64,000 nucleotides of DNA, taken from assembly GCF_009914755.1 (NCBI RefSeq), contig NC_060947.1, one strand, 5' to 3'. The notes below the pieces were generated by a model. It searched no databases. It was not told the origin of the DNA and worked only from the letters and a program-made list of their open reading frames with translations. The position numbers were made by a program, and so were the translations under genes. This DNA is from the human T2T-CHM13v2.0 reference genome, Homo sapiens. Below are positions 46,346 through 64,000 of the stretch, one piece after another. The stretch's first letter is position 1, and every line of letters starts with the position of its first letter.

Positions 46346-47879
46346 CTCTTCCTGGCTTAATTCCTCATCTTCTGTGTGTGATCACTCAGATGGGAGAAGA
46401 CATATCTCCAGAAGAATAAGCAGTAGGTATAAGGCACAGGACACTTCCTCAGGGCAATAAGTTCTGCAGAAACATAAAGTAACTCTAGTTCAACTACACA
46501 CAGCTATTTTTGCAACACTTTATATTACAAATCAAAACTCGGTTCATCAATCTAAAAACATCTTCATTCAGGTTGCTCCATAGTTTCCATCAAGAACAAA
46601 GTATAGGGTTGAAGAACATTCAAAAAACAAAACAAAACAAAAACAAAGGGCAGGTACTTTCTTTGCATGTATGGAACTGAAGAGTTCATTTATGGGTTAT
46701 CTCCAACCCTCTCCCCTAAAAGGAGCAGCTGGAACTAAAGATGAATTCACATTTCTACTTCCCGATCTTGGTGCTTGTACTTTTTAAATAACAGCTTTCT
46801 CAACTTTTATCCATCAATATTTTCCCCAAAATTCTCAGACCTCATAATTCATCCTAGACATCTTGTTAACTTTCCATCAAAACAGCAGATTCCAACTGCC
46901 TCTTTCCTCCATCTTTCCCCTTCCCCACCTTGGATAGTTTAGATGGAACAAGAGTTAATGGCCTACAGTGCTGCCTTTCATAAAAGCTGCTTGCTACTAA
47001 GTAGGTCTTGCCAACATATTTGCTTATAAAAACAGGCACCTCTGTGGCAATATTTTATTCCTATGATGCTTTTTCCATTCTATCAGGACATGCCAGAAAT
47101 GTGACCATTTTGGTTGATGGTCTTTAGTACAGTGGACTCAACTGTTCAGCTTCAGCATACTTTGATCTGGGTTTTGACTTGCTAAGAACCTTAAACTGAG
47201 ATATTTTAACACATCAGTGAGACACTGAATCTCTTATGAAGAAGGCAGAGAGTAGTGCTTGAAGAAACTGTCTATTGGTTATTAAATGTGAAAATTAGTG
47301 CTTATAGTCCAGCAAGTTTTTAAAAATTATCTGACAGAAATGCAAGATATCTCAAGAAAGTGTCTTAAAGCATTACCTTTTAGAACAATTTGCTTTCCAC
47401 CAGGATATGTGTATATTGAATGTGAATGGGAAATGGAGTGAAAGTGTCTGTGTATAATATAAAGTGCACCAGAAAGAGGAATGGATGGAGGGTGAGAGAT
47501 GGCTGTTCCTCAGGCAGAGGAAAAGAAGGAATAATTTATTTAAACCTGGCCATCTGCCTCCTCCTGTCCCTACAAGTTTGTAGGGACAATTAGTTGAGGA
47601 TATACTAGGTTACGGTGTAGTAGTAACTCCAAATCTTAGTCGCTTAACGCAAGAAATATTTATTTGTCTCTCATATCCAGTGTAGGTCTGAGGGACTTTC
47701 TAGCATGACTGTATCTCTATGTGTCAACTAAGCTAGTCAGCCTGATGGAGGCTTTACCATCCGGTAATTGTACCATTTTAAACACATGGTTGTTTTAAAC
47801 TTGCTTGATGTAACTTGGGAAGAAAGAGTTTGAGGCTCAGCTACATGCTACCCTCTAACTGGGCACCTTTCTTCTCAAT

Positions 47880-48430
47880 GCAACTAGACTCATCTCTCTA
47901 AAATGCAAACTGGTTCACGCCACTCCCTTGCTTACAACTCCCACTGCCATTACAGTAAAGTCCAAATTCTGATTCCATGGTTTGTAAGATTCTCCAATAC
48001 CTGTTTTTGGATTATTTCTCTAGCTTCACTCCCCGTTAGTCCCCTATTGCCCTCTTGCACTCTACGATCCTGCTATGCATTCTTTTTCTGGTTCTTGAAT
48101 TGCGTGGTTTACCTGCATGCTTTTGCATACTGTCTTTCTCCACCTCATTCATCTGGCAAACTCCTATTCGTCCTGAGGGCTTACATGTCACTAGAATCTC
48201 TCCCTTTGCCTCCTCCACCATGCTGGGGGTCCCTCCTCTGTGCCTCTATGGCCATCAGTATTTTTTGTGTCATAGCACTACCCTTGTGATATCATAATTA
48301 ACAGTTTATTATCTCCCTCACTGCAATGTGAGCTCCATATGAGCAGGGACTATGTCTGTCTTGTCCAATGCCCAGAACATGGCTTAGCAAAATATTTGTG
48401 AACAAAAAACTAAGTAAAAGAATGATTGAA
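47880..48430 (+). mobile_element. L2 3' fragment
   Basis: Degenerate L2 3' end (tgtgagctcc...agggactatgtctgtcttgt...gcccagaacatggcttagcaaaatatttgtgaa). Confidence 0.6.
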
Positions 48431-48546
48431 TGTCAGAAATTCTGTATTCTTCTGGTGTCAGGATTCTCCTGGTGCCTTGGCTTCCAGTCAATTTGCCTGC
48501 CTTTCCTGAGAAGGAACTTGGCACCTATCACCTCCTTTGACGATAG

Positions 48547-49051
<505 letters not shown>

Positions 49052-50253
49052 TAAATTCCCTGAGTTCTGGTGCCATGTTTTCTACCACTTTTGAAGATCT
49101 CCAAGCTCATTGGCCCAGTGCTTAACACTTGGTAAGCAGCAGCCCCAGGGACCAATGGACAGTTCGCGGGCAGGGAGATTGAATGCATTGTTTAGCTCAC
49201 CTTGTCAGAGGTGGCAAAATTTGGCTATGCATTGGTTGCTCATGATTTTGAGGCATACTGGGGAAGATAACAGGACTAGAAGTGTGCTCTAGCCGTTGGT
49301 TTAAGCGGTTTACCCTTGGGTGAAGGCCTTGCCATATGCTATTATTGGATTATTGCTGTGGGAAAAAATTTGCTTCCCAGATCTTTGTTGTTCATTTTAA
49401 CATGTGAACATGCAAATTGAGTTTTGTTGGAAAACCCCACCAGCCACTGCTGAAAGAAAAACTGGGGCTTTACATCTCACAGAAGAGACCACTCTTGTCT
49501 TGTTCTGGAGGCTGAATTTCTTATTCTGCAGAATTAATGTCACAGTTCTGATTATACAGTGCATTTCAGTCTTCTTTTTCTTGGGTTTGACTAACCATGG
49601 GCCCTTTACAGCTTGGCCTAGAGAAACCGTGGATTAATGTATATGTTTTGCCTAGACACACAGATAGGCAAGGTACAGTAAAAACTCAAAGTCGTATGTA
49701 TTAAGAGTTAACCTAAGGTTCAACACAAAGTTTGCAGAATTCTTTGGTAAATTATCTGTAAATAAATATTTAGATGTGTTAAGAAATTCAAAGTTTTAAA
49801 AAGATCCTAAGCTGAATCCTTTTATAAATTAAATAATTCATGCACTGTGAGTAAGTAACCCATACTTGATCTGATTTAATAATTTGTATTTTCATACTGG
49901 ATTTTTCTAAGATCAAGGACGATAATACTGAGAAATCACCTATCCATATGATTTTTTTTGTAAGTTTCATTCACCCACTCTCCAATATATACAGTTGTAA
50001 ATCAATGTTGTAGACATTAGTGCTATTCATCAAGTTTTTCTTGTTCTCCTTGAGCTCATGGTAGGATTTCACTTTCTGGTCTCTTTGGGATTGGGTTGGG
50101 CCATGTGAGTTGTGAGTGGTAATAATATATCACTTCTAGGCCAGAGAATTTCATTACCAATGTGAGACCTTCTGGAACCTTTTCTTCCCATTAGGCTGGG
50201 TCTATGAGTGATCATGATGAGCAGAGACCTGTGCCAACTCACGATGGACATGA

Positions 50254-50578
<325 letters not shown>

Positions 50579-50711
50579 GAAATTTTTATTATCTTAAGCC
50601 ACTGAGATTTGAAGGTTGTTACCCTGGCAGATCCTAGCTTATCCTGAATGATACACACCGGTACAGCATGAGCCATCCTTTTCTGTCTCACAGCATGTGT
50701 TCCTTGTTTCT

Positions 50712-51130
50712 ATACTGAAGTGGTTTGGATGTTTTGTCCCTCCAAATCTCGTGGTGAAATATGACCTCCAATGTTGGTGGTGGGGCCTAGTGGGAAGTTT
50801 TTGAGTCACGGGAGTAGATCTCTCATGAATAGCTTGGTGCCCTCCCTTTGGTAATGAGTGCATTCTTCCTCTGTTAGTTCATGAGAGAGTTGGTTGTTTA
50901 AGGGAGCCTGGTACCTCTCTCCTTTCTTTCTCTCTCCATGTGACACACATGCTCCCCCTTTGCCTTCTGCCATCATAGTAAGTTTCCTGAAGCCTCACCA
51001 GAAGCAGAGCAGATGTTGGTGCCATGCTTCTTGTACAGCCTACAAAACCGTGAGCCAAATAAACTCCTTTTCTTTATGAATTACCCAGACTCAGGCATTT
51101 CTTTGTGGCAATGAAAAACGGACTGACACA
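50712..51130 (+). mobile_element. MST (MaLR) solo LTR
   Basis: tggtttggatgttttgtccctccaaatctc...gtgagccaaataaactccttttctttat...acggactgacaca. Confidence 0.8.
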
Positions 51131-51594
51131 CATATGGAAGAGGAGTCAGGGGTGTTAAAGTCTCTTATGCTAGAAAATGCATCTGTCAGTCTACAGATTT
51201 CCAAGGCTATTTGATGGCTCTAGTTAATAATTTACTTGGGAAGGACTAGTGACCCTCAGTTCTATAACATCTGGAGTCCTGGAAGGTAATCAGAAAGCTG
51301 ATAACATTCTCTTCCAGAAACCTTCCAATCCTTTCTCTTTCAGATCAAAGGCACACTAAACTACATGCAGATTTTGGAAAACAAAAATTCAGGGACTGTC
51401 AGAGTCATGATTCCCATGGTGACTATTTTGCTAACAGACTCTATACCACCTGCTGTGGCCACCTGACCTTAGGTAGGCTAATTAGAATCCTTCCCCAGAA
51501 TTTTATATACTAATATAGGACACAAACTATAAAGATATAGGCTCAAATCTGTTGAAAGCCCTCTTCCCTGCCCCACATACAAAATCTGATGGTA

Positions 51595-54080
<2,486 letters not shown>

Positions 54081-56849
54081 CCAATCCAAATTTTTTAATG
54101 TCAAGCACAGTATTTCAAAATAATGATGATGCTGTAATTTTCAGAACACATGGGCAGTCATCATGTGGCTAGCTTGGATGCCTCTAAGACAGCATATCAA
54201 CAGCAGACAGACATATGTGAAGATATGAATTTGGGGCCGGTACACGGAGCTGGGCCTACTGGCATTTTCTCTCCTCATTCCCTCCCCTAGTCTCAAATAG
54301 ATGACGTGGTGGTTGATCACTTCCTTGGGTATACTCAGCATGAAACAGTGAAGCAGTGAGGGACAGAAGTTCCTTTAGTGCTGGCTGGCTGTGGAGACGG
54401 GAGGGCAAAATTCTAGATTCTGTTCTACAGAGCCTGCCCTCTGCAAAAAAGCCCAGCTAAGTTGCTAGCAGCTGGTGGTGACTGGCATGAAGGCTCTGGC
54501 TCCCTCAAGCTCTGCCTGACTGCCCCAAACCCTGAGGGAATCAATAATTCTTGCCCTACTTATAATCCCTTGACAGTACCCCAGTGTCTCAAGGTCCTTC
54601 AATTGGGAAGCTCTGCTTTATTAAATCTTTCACTAGAACTACACAATGGGATGGGAGAAAGACTTGCCATTTTAGGCCTTCACAAGAGGGGCATCCCACA
54701 TGCAGTCACTCTCCCTCAACCTCTCTCTCTAAAGTCCCTCTGGCTTTCCCACCGTCTTCCTCGGGAAGCTATAGCCTAGTCTTCTCCTCAAGAGAAAGAG
54801 TTCTAGTGTGTTCTGGTTTCTTTGTCTAGAGGTAGAGGGAGGCTTGCTGCTACCTAGGCTTGGGGGCTCTGGGGCTGAGGCCTGTGGGTGTCGTGGCCTG
54901 CCATTCCTCCTGTGGTTACCCCAACACCTCTAAAAGCTTCTGCTGTGCCAACGCAAGCTTCACTCACTAAAACATCACAAATGGGGCTGGACTGCTGGAC
55001 TCCTAGCAACACTGTGTTGTAGCAACCGTGACAACAGCTGAAGGAAACAGTTCCTACGTGAACAGATTAGGCTTCCAGATTTTTCTCCTTAAGGCAACAG
55101 AAGCCAGTAGTGACCCCCTGAAATGAGTATGCACCCCTGCGATTCACAGAACTCTTGTGAGAGGGTGCACTCTAGAGAGGGAAGAAGCATATTCTAATGA
55201 TAGCTAAGCGAAGGGCTAGGGATAATTTAATTAGACAAATAACCGAAATTTGTTTTACTTTAAGCTAGGTAAGTGGTATATATATTTTTACACTTCAAAT
55301 TTGTTATTTCCTGAAATGCAATTGCCTTCAATTATTATTGGCTTCTAGCACAAGCGGCCTTAACATAAATGTAATGACGTATTAAACTAGTGAAACAAAG
55401 TGGGCTGTTCTCGCTGATAATCTTGCCTGTTGTAGACTTCAAATCTCATTCCAAACCTCACTTTCCTGAGGAAGTGCTCTGCTAATTCCTGCTCTGGCAG
55501 CTTATTTAATCCTGGGTGCCCTTGGAAAAGTGAACAAAACTTCCGAGTTTTTCTCATATTTGTTCGTCTGTTCAAATTTGTAGTAAGTCACTCAGCTTAC
55601 TGAAGTGCTCCTCCTTCTATGCCTCTGGTTTGCCTGAGGAACACGAAGACAACAGCCAAGTACAAAGGAATGTCGGAACCAGGGTCAGGCCCTGGGAGTT
55701 GCCTTCTTTTCTTCTCCCCGGAATTAAAAATATCATTTAGGTCATGAAACTGCTACCTGGGTTAACAGCCAAGTCCCTGTCTACCCGCAGCTGTGCTGGC
55801 ATTTCAGCTGACCAATCTCGCTATTCATTTCTTGTTAACTCTTACTTTTCCTCCCCTATGCTCCCCTAATCACTTTAAGCTTTTCCCGCCATAGCACTTA
55901 GCACCCTGGTTATATCTTTTTTTTTATTTCTAATATCTTTCACGCTACACTAAAAGTTCCAGGAGCACAGGGTCACTGACTAGCTTATTTTTCACTATGT
56001 CCCTAACATCTAGCCCAGGGTCTGCCGGGCATAGAGCCAGCAGTCAGTAAATATTTGTTGCACACATAAACAAAACTCTATTAGGCTTGGGGACTTGAGC
56101 AATTATTTTCTTTTCTCTAAGCCTCAGTTTCCCTATCTGTAAGATGAGGGCTCTGTAGATATTCTTCAAGGTCCTTTATAGTACTGACATTTTATGGTTT
56201 ACTTTCCTCAAATGTCAATCCCATTCTCAGTGGATTCAAAACATTCCTCACTGATGACTTCATCTTCCACTTCGATGATATCAAAATTGCCCAAAGTGAG
56301 ATCTTGCAATATATCCTGTCCATTTCTAAATTATTTTGCATAGCCACCTCTTCTGTCTTCTATTACCTCTTGTTTCAAAGAAGAAAGATTTCTCCATTCA
56401 TAATTCCTGCCCTTCCCCTCTGTTTTCCTCTGGGATCTTACCTTCATCCATTCATTCAACAATTATTTGTTGAGCACCTACCATGTGCCAGATGCTATAC
56501 TAGGTACCCAGAATAGAACTATAGGCAAATCAAATCCCTTTTATTCAAGAGTTTATACTCTTCCTCTATAATATCTCTGCAGATGCTCTCAAATCTTTAT
56601 CTTCAGCTTGGATACTTTTCCAAAGCTTCAAACTGTAATATTCCGAGTTTCTTTTGGTCATCTCCACATGGATGTTCCATCAATCCCTCATATCATTTGT
56701 AGCATATCCCAAATTAAACTCTTCTCACCAAACTGTTTTTTTCTTCTTATCGAGAGTCTTACTTTGGTTAATGATTCTATCATGGTCTGAGCCACTGATA
56801 TTTGAGAACCTAGAGTTATAACTGCTTTCCTTAGTTTCACTGTCTGTAC

Positions 56850-57345
56850 AAGGCTGAAATGGCTTTCCAAAAGATATTCACATCTTAATCTCTGGAACCT
56901 GTGAATGTTACATTATATAGCAAAAGGAACTTTGCAGATGTGATTAAGACTCTTGAGATGGAAAGATTATTCTGGATAGGCCTGTGGACAAGTGTCCCTT
57001 ATAAGGACAAGCATCTTTATAAGGGAGAGGTAAGGACATTTGACACGGAAGAGGAGAAGACAATGTGACTATGGAAGCAGAGACTGGAGTGATGTGGCCA
57101 AAGAATGCTGGTAGCTACTAAAGCTCAAAGAGGCAAGGAATAGATTCTCCCCTGGAAGCTCCAGAACTAGCCCTGCTGACATCTTGATTTTAGCCCCATA
57201 AGACTCATTTTGGACTTCTGGCCTCTAGAGCAGTAAGATAATAAATTTCTATTTTTAGAGATAGAAATTTAAAAATCTTTCTATTGTTTAAACCCACTAA
57301 GTTTATGATAATTTATTATAGCAGTCATAGGAAGTTAATACATGA
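56850..57345 (+). mobile_element. MLT1 (MaLR) LTR
   Basis: tggaacctgtgaatgttac...ggaactttgcagatgtgattaag...gaggcaaggaatagattctccc...ttaaacccactaagttt. Confidence 0.8.
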
Positions 57346-57670
57346 TCCTCCCTCAAATCAGTTGCCAAGTCCTTTAAATCTACTTCCACAATGTCTTCCA
57401 GATCCATTCTCCCCTCACTGTCTCTACCATTACTGCCCTAGTTCAAGCACTCATCACCTTTATCTGGTGTTACTAAAGTAGCTTTCTAAAAACAAAGTAT
57501 GGTTCCTAGCTGGTATAAGACCCTCCATAGTTCTTATACCATAAACTTCTGCTTGAACACTTCCAGAGATGAGGAGCTTCCTGCCTATGATGCCATCAAT
57601 ATGATTATTAGACAACTCAAGTAGTTTGAAAGGTGTCCCAGTAATTTCTTTCTATTAGGCCTAGTTCTAC

Positions 57671-59288
57671 CCATCCTGTGGGCTTCTCCCTACCAGATCC
57701 TGAGGACCTACTGCTAACTTTTCAGGTTCCAGCCTCTATTTCTGTCTTCCCTGTGGAGTTAACTTGGGTAGGTTGAACTACATTTCCTGGAATTGTCTTC
57801 CTTGTGTGTTTCCTCTTAATGTGGGCCACAAGAGGGATTCTTGTGTGAGATTTGAAAGGCGGAAGTGAAACAACAGCCATTTTGCTATCCAGAGTAGGTG
57901 TTTAGTAATTGACCCATTATCATGGTTTCTGCACTAATCGCCATTCTCATGAGTCTACTGGATGTAGTCAGATTAGCATTGGGTACAATAGTGAATAAAG
58001 ACTGGTGCAGTAGAGAGGCCTGATCACTTCTTTGGCTTGGATGGTATGCTTATCTGAATGTGGTCTAGTGAATTCAGATCACATTTAGGAACATGGCAGC
58101 AATAGCTTCATGATGACTGCTGGGCTCACTTCTACCCAGAGTCTCATTAACCCCACAAAGGAGTCTAGATGTTTGTTTAACGGGGTTTTCTTGAAGCTGT
58201 TTCAGGGCGGGTGCAGTAGCAGCAAACCACTTGGGCCTGTGAAGAACATCATAGCCCACACCAGCATATCTGGATGGATATGCTGCCCAGCAATGCCAAT
58301 TATAGAGAAATAAAAAAAAATGAGCAAAAAAAAAAAGATAATAAAAACCCATGTAACTTGTGGACAAGGCTTATTGACAGGTGCAAAAAATAAATAATCT
58401 TTTGCCACTCAGAACTCATTGTTCAGTATGAGTTTTGATACACATAAGAAGGAATATTATTAAAAGCAAATAAAAAAATCATAATTCCACTGTCCTGAGG
58501 CAACAACTGTTAACATTTTGGGTACAACATTGTTTATGTTCTAAGTTTGAATCTGACTCTGCCAATGCTTTTTGACTTGGGCAAGTGTTAATTTTTCCAG
58601 CCTCAATTTTCCCATCTGAAAACAGAGATAATAATGCCAACCTAGCAGGGCTGTTGTGAAGATCTGACAAGATACTTTATGTAAAGCACGTAACCCATAG
58701 TTGCTCTTAAAATTTTAGCCATTATTATTTTACAAGGTGTATTAGTCTGTTCTCATGCTGCTGATAAAGACATATCCGAGACTGTGTAATTTATAAAGAA
58801 AAAGAGGTTTAATGGACTCACAGTTCCACGTGCCTGGGGGGAGGCCTCACAATCATGGCAGAAGGTGAAAGGCGCATCTTACATGGCAGCAGGCAAGAGA
58901 GAATGAGAACCACGCAAAAGGGGTTTCCTCTTATAAAACAATCAGATCTCTTGAGACTTATTTACTACCACAAGAACAGTATGGGGGAAACCACCCCCAT
59001 GATTCAATTGTCTCCCACCAGGTCCCTCCCACAATATGTGGGAATTATGGGAGCTACAATTCAAGATGAGATTTGGGTGGGGACACAGCCAAACCATATC
59101 ACCAGGTTATTCCAATTCCAAATAACAGTCCTAACTGTTAGGACTGTTATTGATCTTTCTTCTGATCTTTCTTGTGATGTTTTTCTTCCTTAAAAAAAGT
59201 GAAAATGTAGATAGAATAAGATTGGCCACAAGTTGATAATTGTTGAGAACGAGGATTCATTATACTATTCTCTCTCTGTCTCTCTCTC

Positions 59289-59320
<32 letters not shown>

Positions 59321-59785
59321 AATTTTCTACAATAAAATGTTTCTAAAAAAAAACACACACACAAAAAACAAAGAAATAAAGAAGACTTACATGCAGGTTT
59401 TGCCCCAATCTCTCGTTATAAACTTGTTTTCTTCAGTTTAGGACCCTGCAAGTTGGGCTTGCAAATATAAACTGGGGCCTTTTACTAAGGATATTTTGAG
59501 ATGCAACTATATGGCATGAGCCACTACTTTTGGGTTACACCATTTGTGGATAATGAGATGAATGGGTCACTTTCCCCTAAAAGGGCACAAAAATCTATGG
59601 GACGTGGTAGGGGCAGTATAGAGGTTTGTGCAGAGAAGCTAATGTGGCAGTGACCTGACAATACTGTTGAGTAGTTCTTGCTTTTTAGGCCCTCTGGTAC
59701 TGCCTAGTTGATCTTCTTCTGCCTCCCTTCCATCCTGCGGGCTTCTCCCTACCAGATCCTGAGGACCTACCACTAACTTTTCAGG
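57671..59785 (+). repeat. 56-bp direct repeat (57671-57726 and 59730-59785)
   Basis: 53/56 identical; all differences fall at CpG-decay positions. Confidence 0.88.
58738..59101 (-). mobile_element. THE1 (MaLR) solo LTR
   Basis: tgtattagtctgttctcatgctgc...aaaccatatca; TSD caagg/ccagg. Confidence 0.9.
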
Positions 59786-59800
59786 AATTTTGTGAGCTAG

Positions 59801-59932
59801 ATGATGTTACACTGGGAGCTTGCAGTTGGCCGTGGTGGGAGTATTTATATGATGGAAATCAGCAAACATTAGAAATCAGATTTTTTGTTGTTGTGAAGAG
59901 CTGTTTGCTAAACATCTACCAGTGCACCACTA
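59801..59932 (-). mobile_element. MER63-like hAT fragment
   Basis: ggccgtggtgggagtattta...taaacatctaccagtgcaccact resembles the MER63 end. Confidence 0.55.
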
Positions 59933-60644
59933 GTCATACCATTCCAGTAAGTTCCATTTTTCCTCATATGAGCTAGAGTTGGATTCTGCTACCCTTCTCC
60001 TAGCTTCTCCAAGTAAAACAATTAGTAATGAGTATACTGCAGAGAGAGAGAGCAGTTTGTTGCTGCTGTTACTGCTGCTAAGTGCTAAACGTGGCATGCG
60101 GCTCTTTTTAAGTCAACGACTCCACAGATACTGATAAAGTGCTTAATTTCCTTTTCTAATTGTCAAATAGCTTTTTGGGGAATTCTAAGTGACACATACC
60201 AGCACTGGAGGTCTCAGAGAAGACAAAAGCTACCACAGCTTCTTCATGCATGCCTCCAACTCCATACATTCCATGGTTTCATAACAAGATTTTCACCTTC
60301 TCTTCTTCACTTTTCACTGAGATAGAGGACTGGATAAGCTGCAACTGACCTCCTGCAGATGTTTCAGATTTAGTGGTTCATTGATTCCCATTGTCAAGTT
60401 TTCCCTCTGGTTTTAGAATCCTGTTTTCTTTTGGCATTAAGGAAACCTGGGTTGTACACTCTGTCACTAACTCACTACATCAACTTGGGCAGGTCTCATC
60501 TCTTAAAGCTGTGATTCACAAATTCACTCTGGGCTCTGGCATTGTCTAACTATGCCTATTGTTGTTGCTGTTGTTGCTAGGGTGATGGGACTACCATTGA
60601 TTCCCTATCCCAATTGTCTTTAATGTTGTTTAAAACCCTTTCTT

Positions 60645-60945
60645 GGTCCAGTGTTGTGGCTCACACCTGTAATCCCAGCAATTTGGGAAGCCAAGGCAGG
60701 AGGATCACTTGAGGCCAAGAGTTTGAGACCAACCTGGGCAATATAGGGAGGCACCGTCTCTACAAAAAATAAAAAATTAGCCAGGTGTGGTGGTATGCCT
60801 GCAGTCCCAACAGATTGGGAGACTGAGGAGGGAGGATCGCTTGAGCCCAGGAGGTCAAGGTTACGGTGAGCTATGACTGCACTACTGCACTCCAGTCTGG
60901 CCAAGAGAGGGAGGCCCTATTTAGAAAACAAGCGAACAAACAAAA
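60645..60945 (+). mobile_element. AluJ-like
   Basis: Diverged Alu sequence. Confidence 0.88.
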
Positions 60946-61889
60946 CACCTTTTTCTTAAATAAGTTTTTTAATTAGATGATTTTTTTGAGAAACATTCCT
61001 ATTTCGAAGTTTTAATAACACAGAGTAAAATGTGAGATTCTGTCATTCCTTCCCCATTCCCATTTCCCTTTTTAGAGGTTGCTATGGTTATTAATTTGTG
61101 TATTTCTTTCAGGTCTTTTAAAATACATTTACATATATACATAAATACATATACTTGAATATAGTACGCACGCATGGGTAAATGGGATCTTACTACATAT
61201 CTTGACTTCTGACTTGTTTTCATGGGCTAAATCTGAGGAGACTGAGCCAGAAGACTACTGGAGAAGGTGGTTCATCCCCAATTCCCCCACTTCCCTGTAT
61301 GTGGCTACCTGCAGTGTTTTTGTCTGATTTTGCCCTTCCCTCCAAGCCCCAAACTCCCTCAATCCCCAACACTATAAGATAAGAACATTAGCCCTCCACA
61401 TCTGAGATTTGAGTGGAGGAAGAAGCCAATTGTGAATTATGTAAGGTTGGAATGTTACTACAGGATGTATATTGCAGGGATTTATGGTGCCATAATTTAC
61501 TTAACACCTCCCTATTGAGCACCTGTTTGTCTGATTTTTCATTATTACAATCTTGCAAAGAACATCCTTGTAAATACATATTATGCATGCATGTGTTCAT
61601 AAGTTAAATTCCCTGAAGTGAAAAAGTCAAAAGGAATGAACCGTGAAAAGTTTGAGAGACTCTGCCAACTGCACACTCAAAGATCTCATTTTATCTACCA
61701 CCAGTAGCATATGAGTGCCTATTTCCTCACACATTGTTGATATTAGATATTCTCAATCTTTTCAATTTTTGTTTATCTGATGCACCAAGAATAATTTCAT
61801 TTTAATCAGCATCTCCACCAGTAACTAGTAGGTTGAACAGCTATTTATGACAATTGGTCATCTTTTTTCATCTTAAGAATTGCCTAGTA

Positions 61890-62112
61890 CAAGCTTGTCC
61901 AATCCATGGCCTGCAGGCCACATGCAGCTCAGAACATCTTTGAATGTGGCCCAACACAAATTCATAAACTTTCTTAAAACATTGTGATTTTTTTTGTGAT
62001 TTTTTTTTTTTTTTTTAGCTCATCAGCTATCATTAGTGTTAATGTATTTTATGTGTGGCCCAAGACAATTCTTTTTCTTCCAATATGGCTCAGGGAAGCC
62101 AAAAGATTGGAC
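61890..62112. mobile_element. MER30-like hAT element
   Basis: gtccaatccatggcctgcaggccacatgc...aatgtggcccaacacaaattc...gggaagccaaaagattggac. Confidence 0.75.
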
Positions 62113-62114
62113 TA

Positions 62115-64000
<1,886 letters not shown>

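Overview
Primate (human-like) genomic DNA, mostly transposable-element derived. I find no intact cellular gene, no RNA gene and no CRISPR array. From left to right: (1) a minus-strand MER61-type non-autonomous ERV (1-7059) carrying a nested solo LTR10; (2) L1 and Alu pieces, one Alu split by a solo LTR10C; (3) a two-LTR LTR8-type provirus (11225-25534) that splits an L2 and contains a near-full-length HERV-L/MLT2A provirus, several Alus and an apparently inverted ~1 kb internal block; (4) old L1M and Alu debris; (5) a processed KRAB-zinc-finger pseudogene of ZIK1 (minus strand, ~33.6-35.3 kb plus a long putative 3' UTR) whose KRAB box holds an insertion copied from its own downstream region; (6) a ~1.4 kb inverted duplication (35447-36815 vs 39163-41323) inserted inside an Alu, with junctions that fit template switching and a later L1PA insertion in one arm; (7) Alu, MER, MaLR and L2 repeats, a (GCCCC)n Alu tail, a unique stretch with RFX/CRE-like motifs and an old L1M 5' region. 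Repeat subfamily names come from remembered consensus sequences, not from a search. I see no convincing new gene system. The most notable signals are the rearrangement scars.
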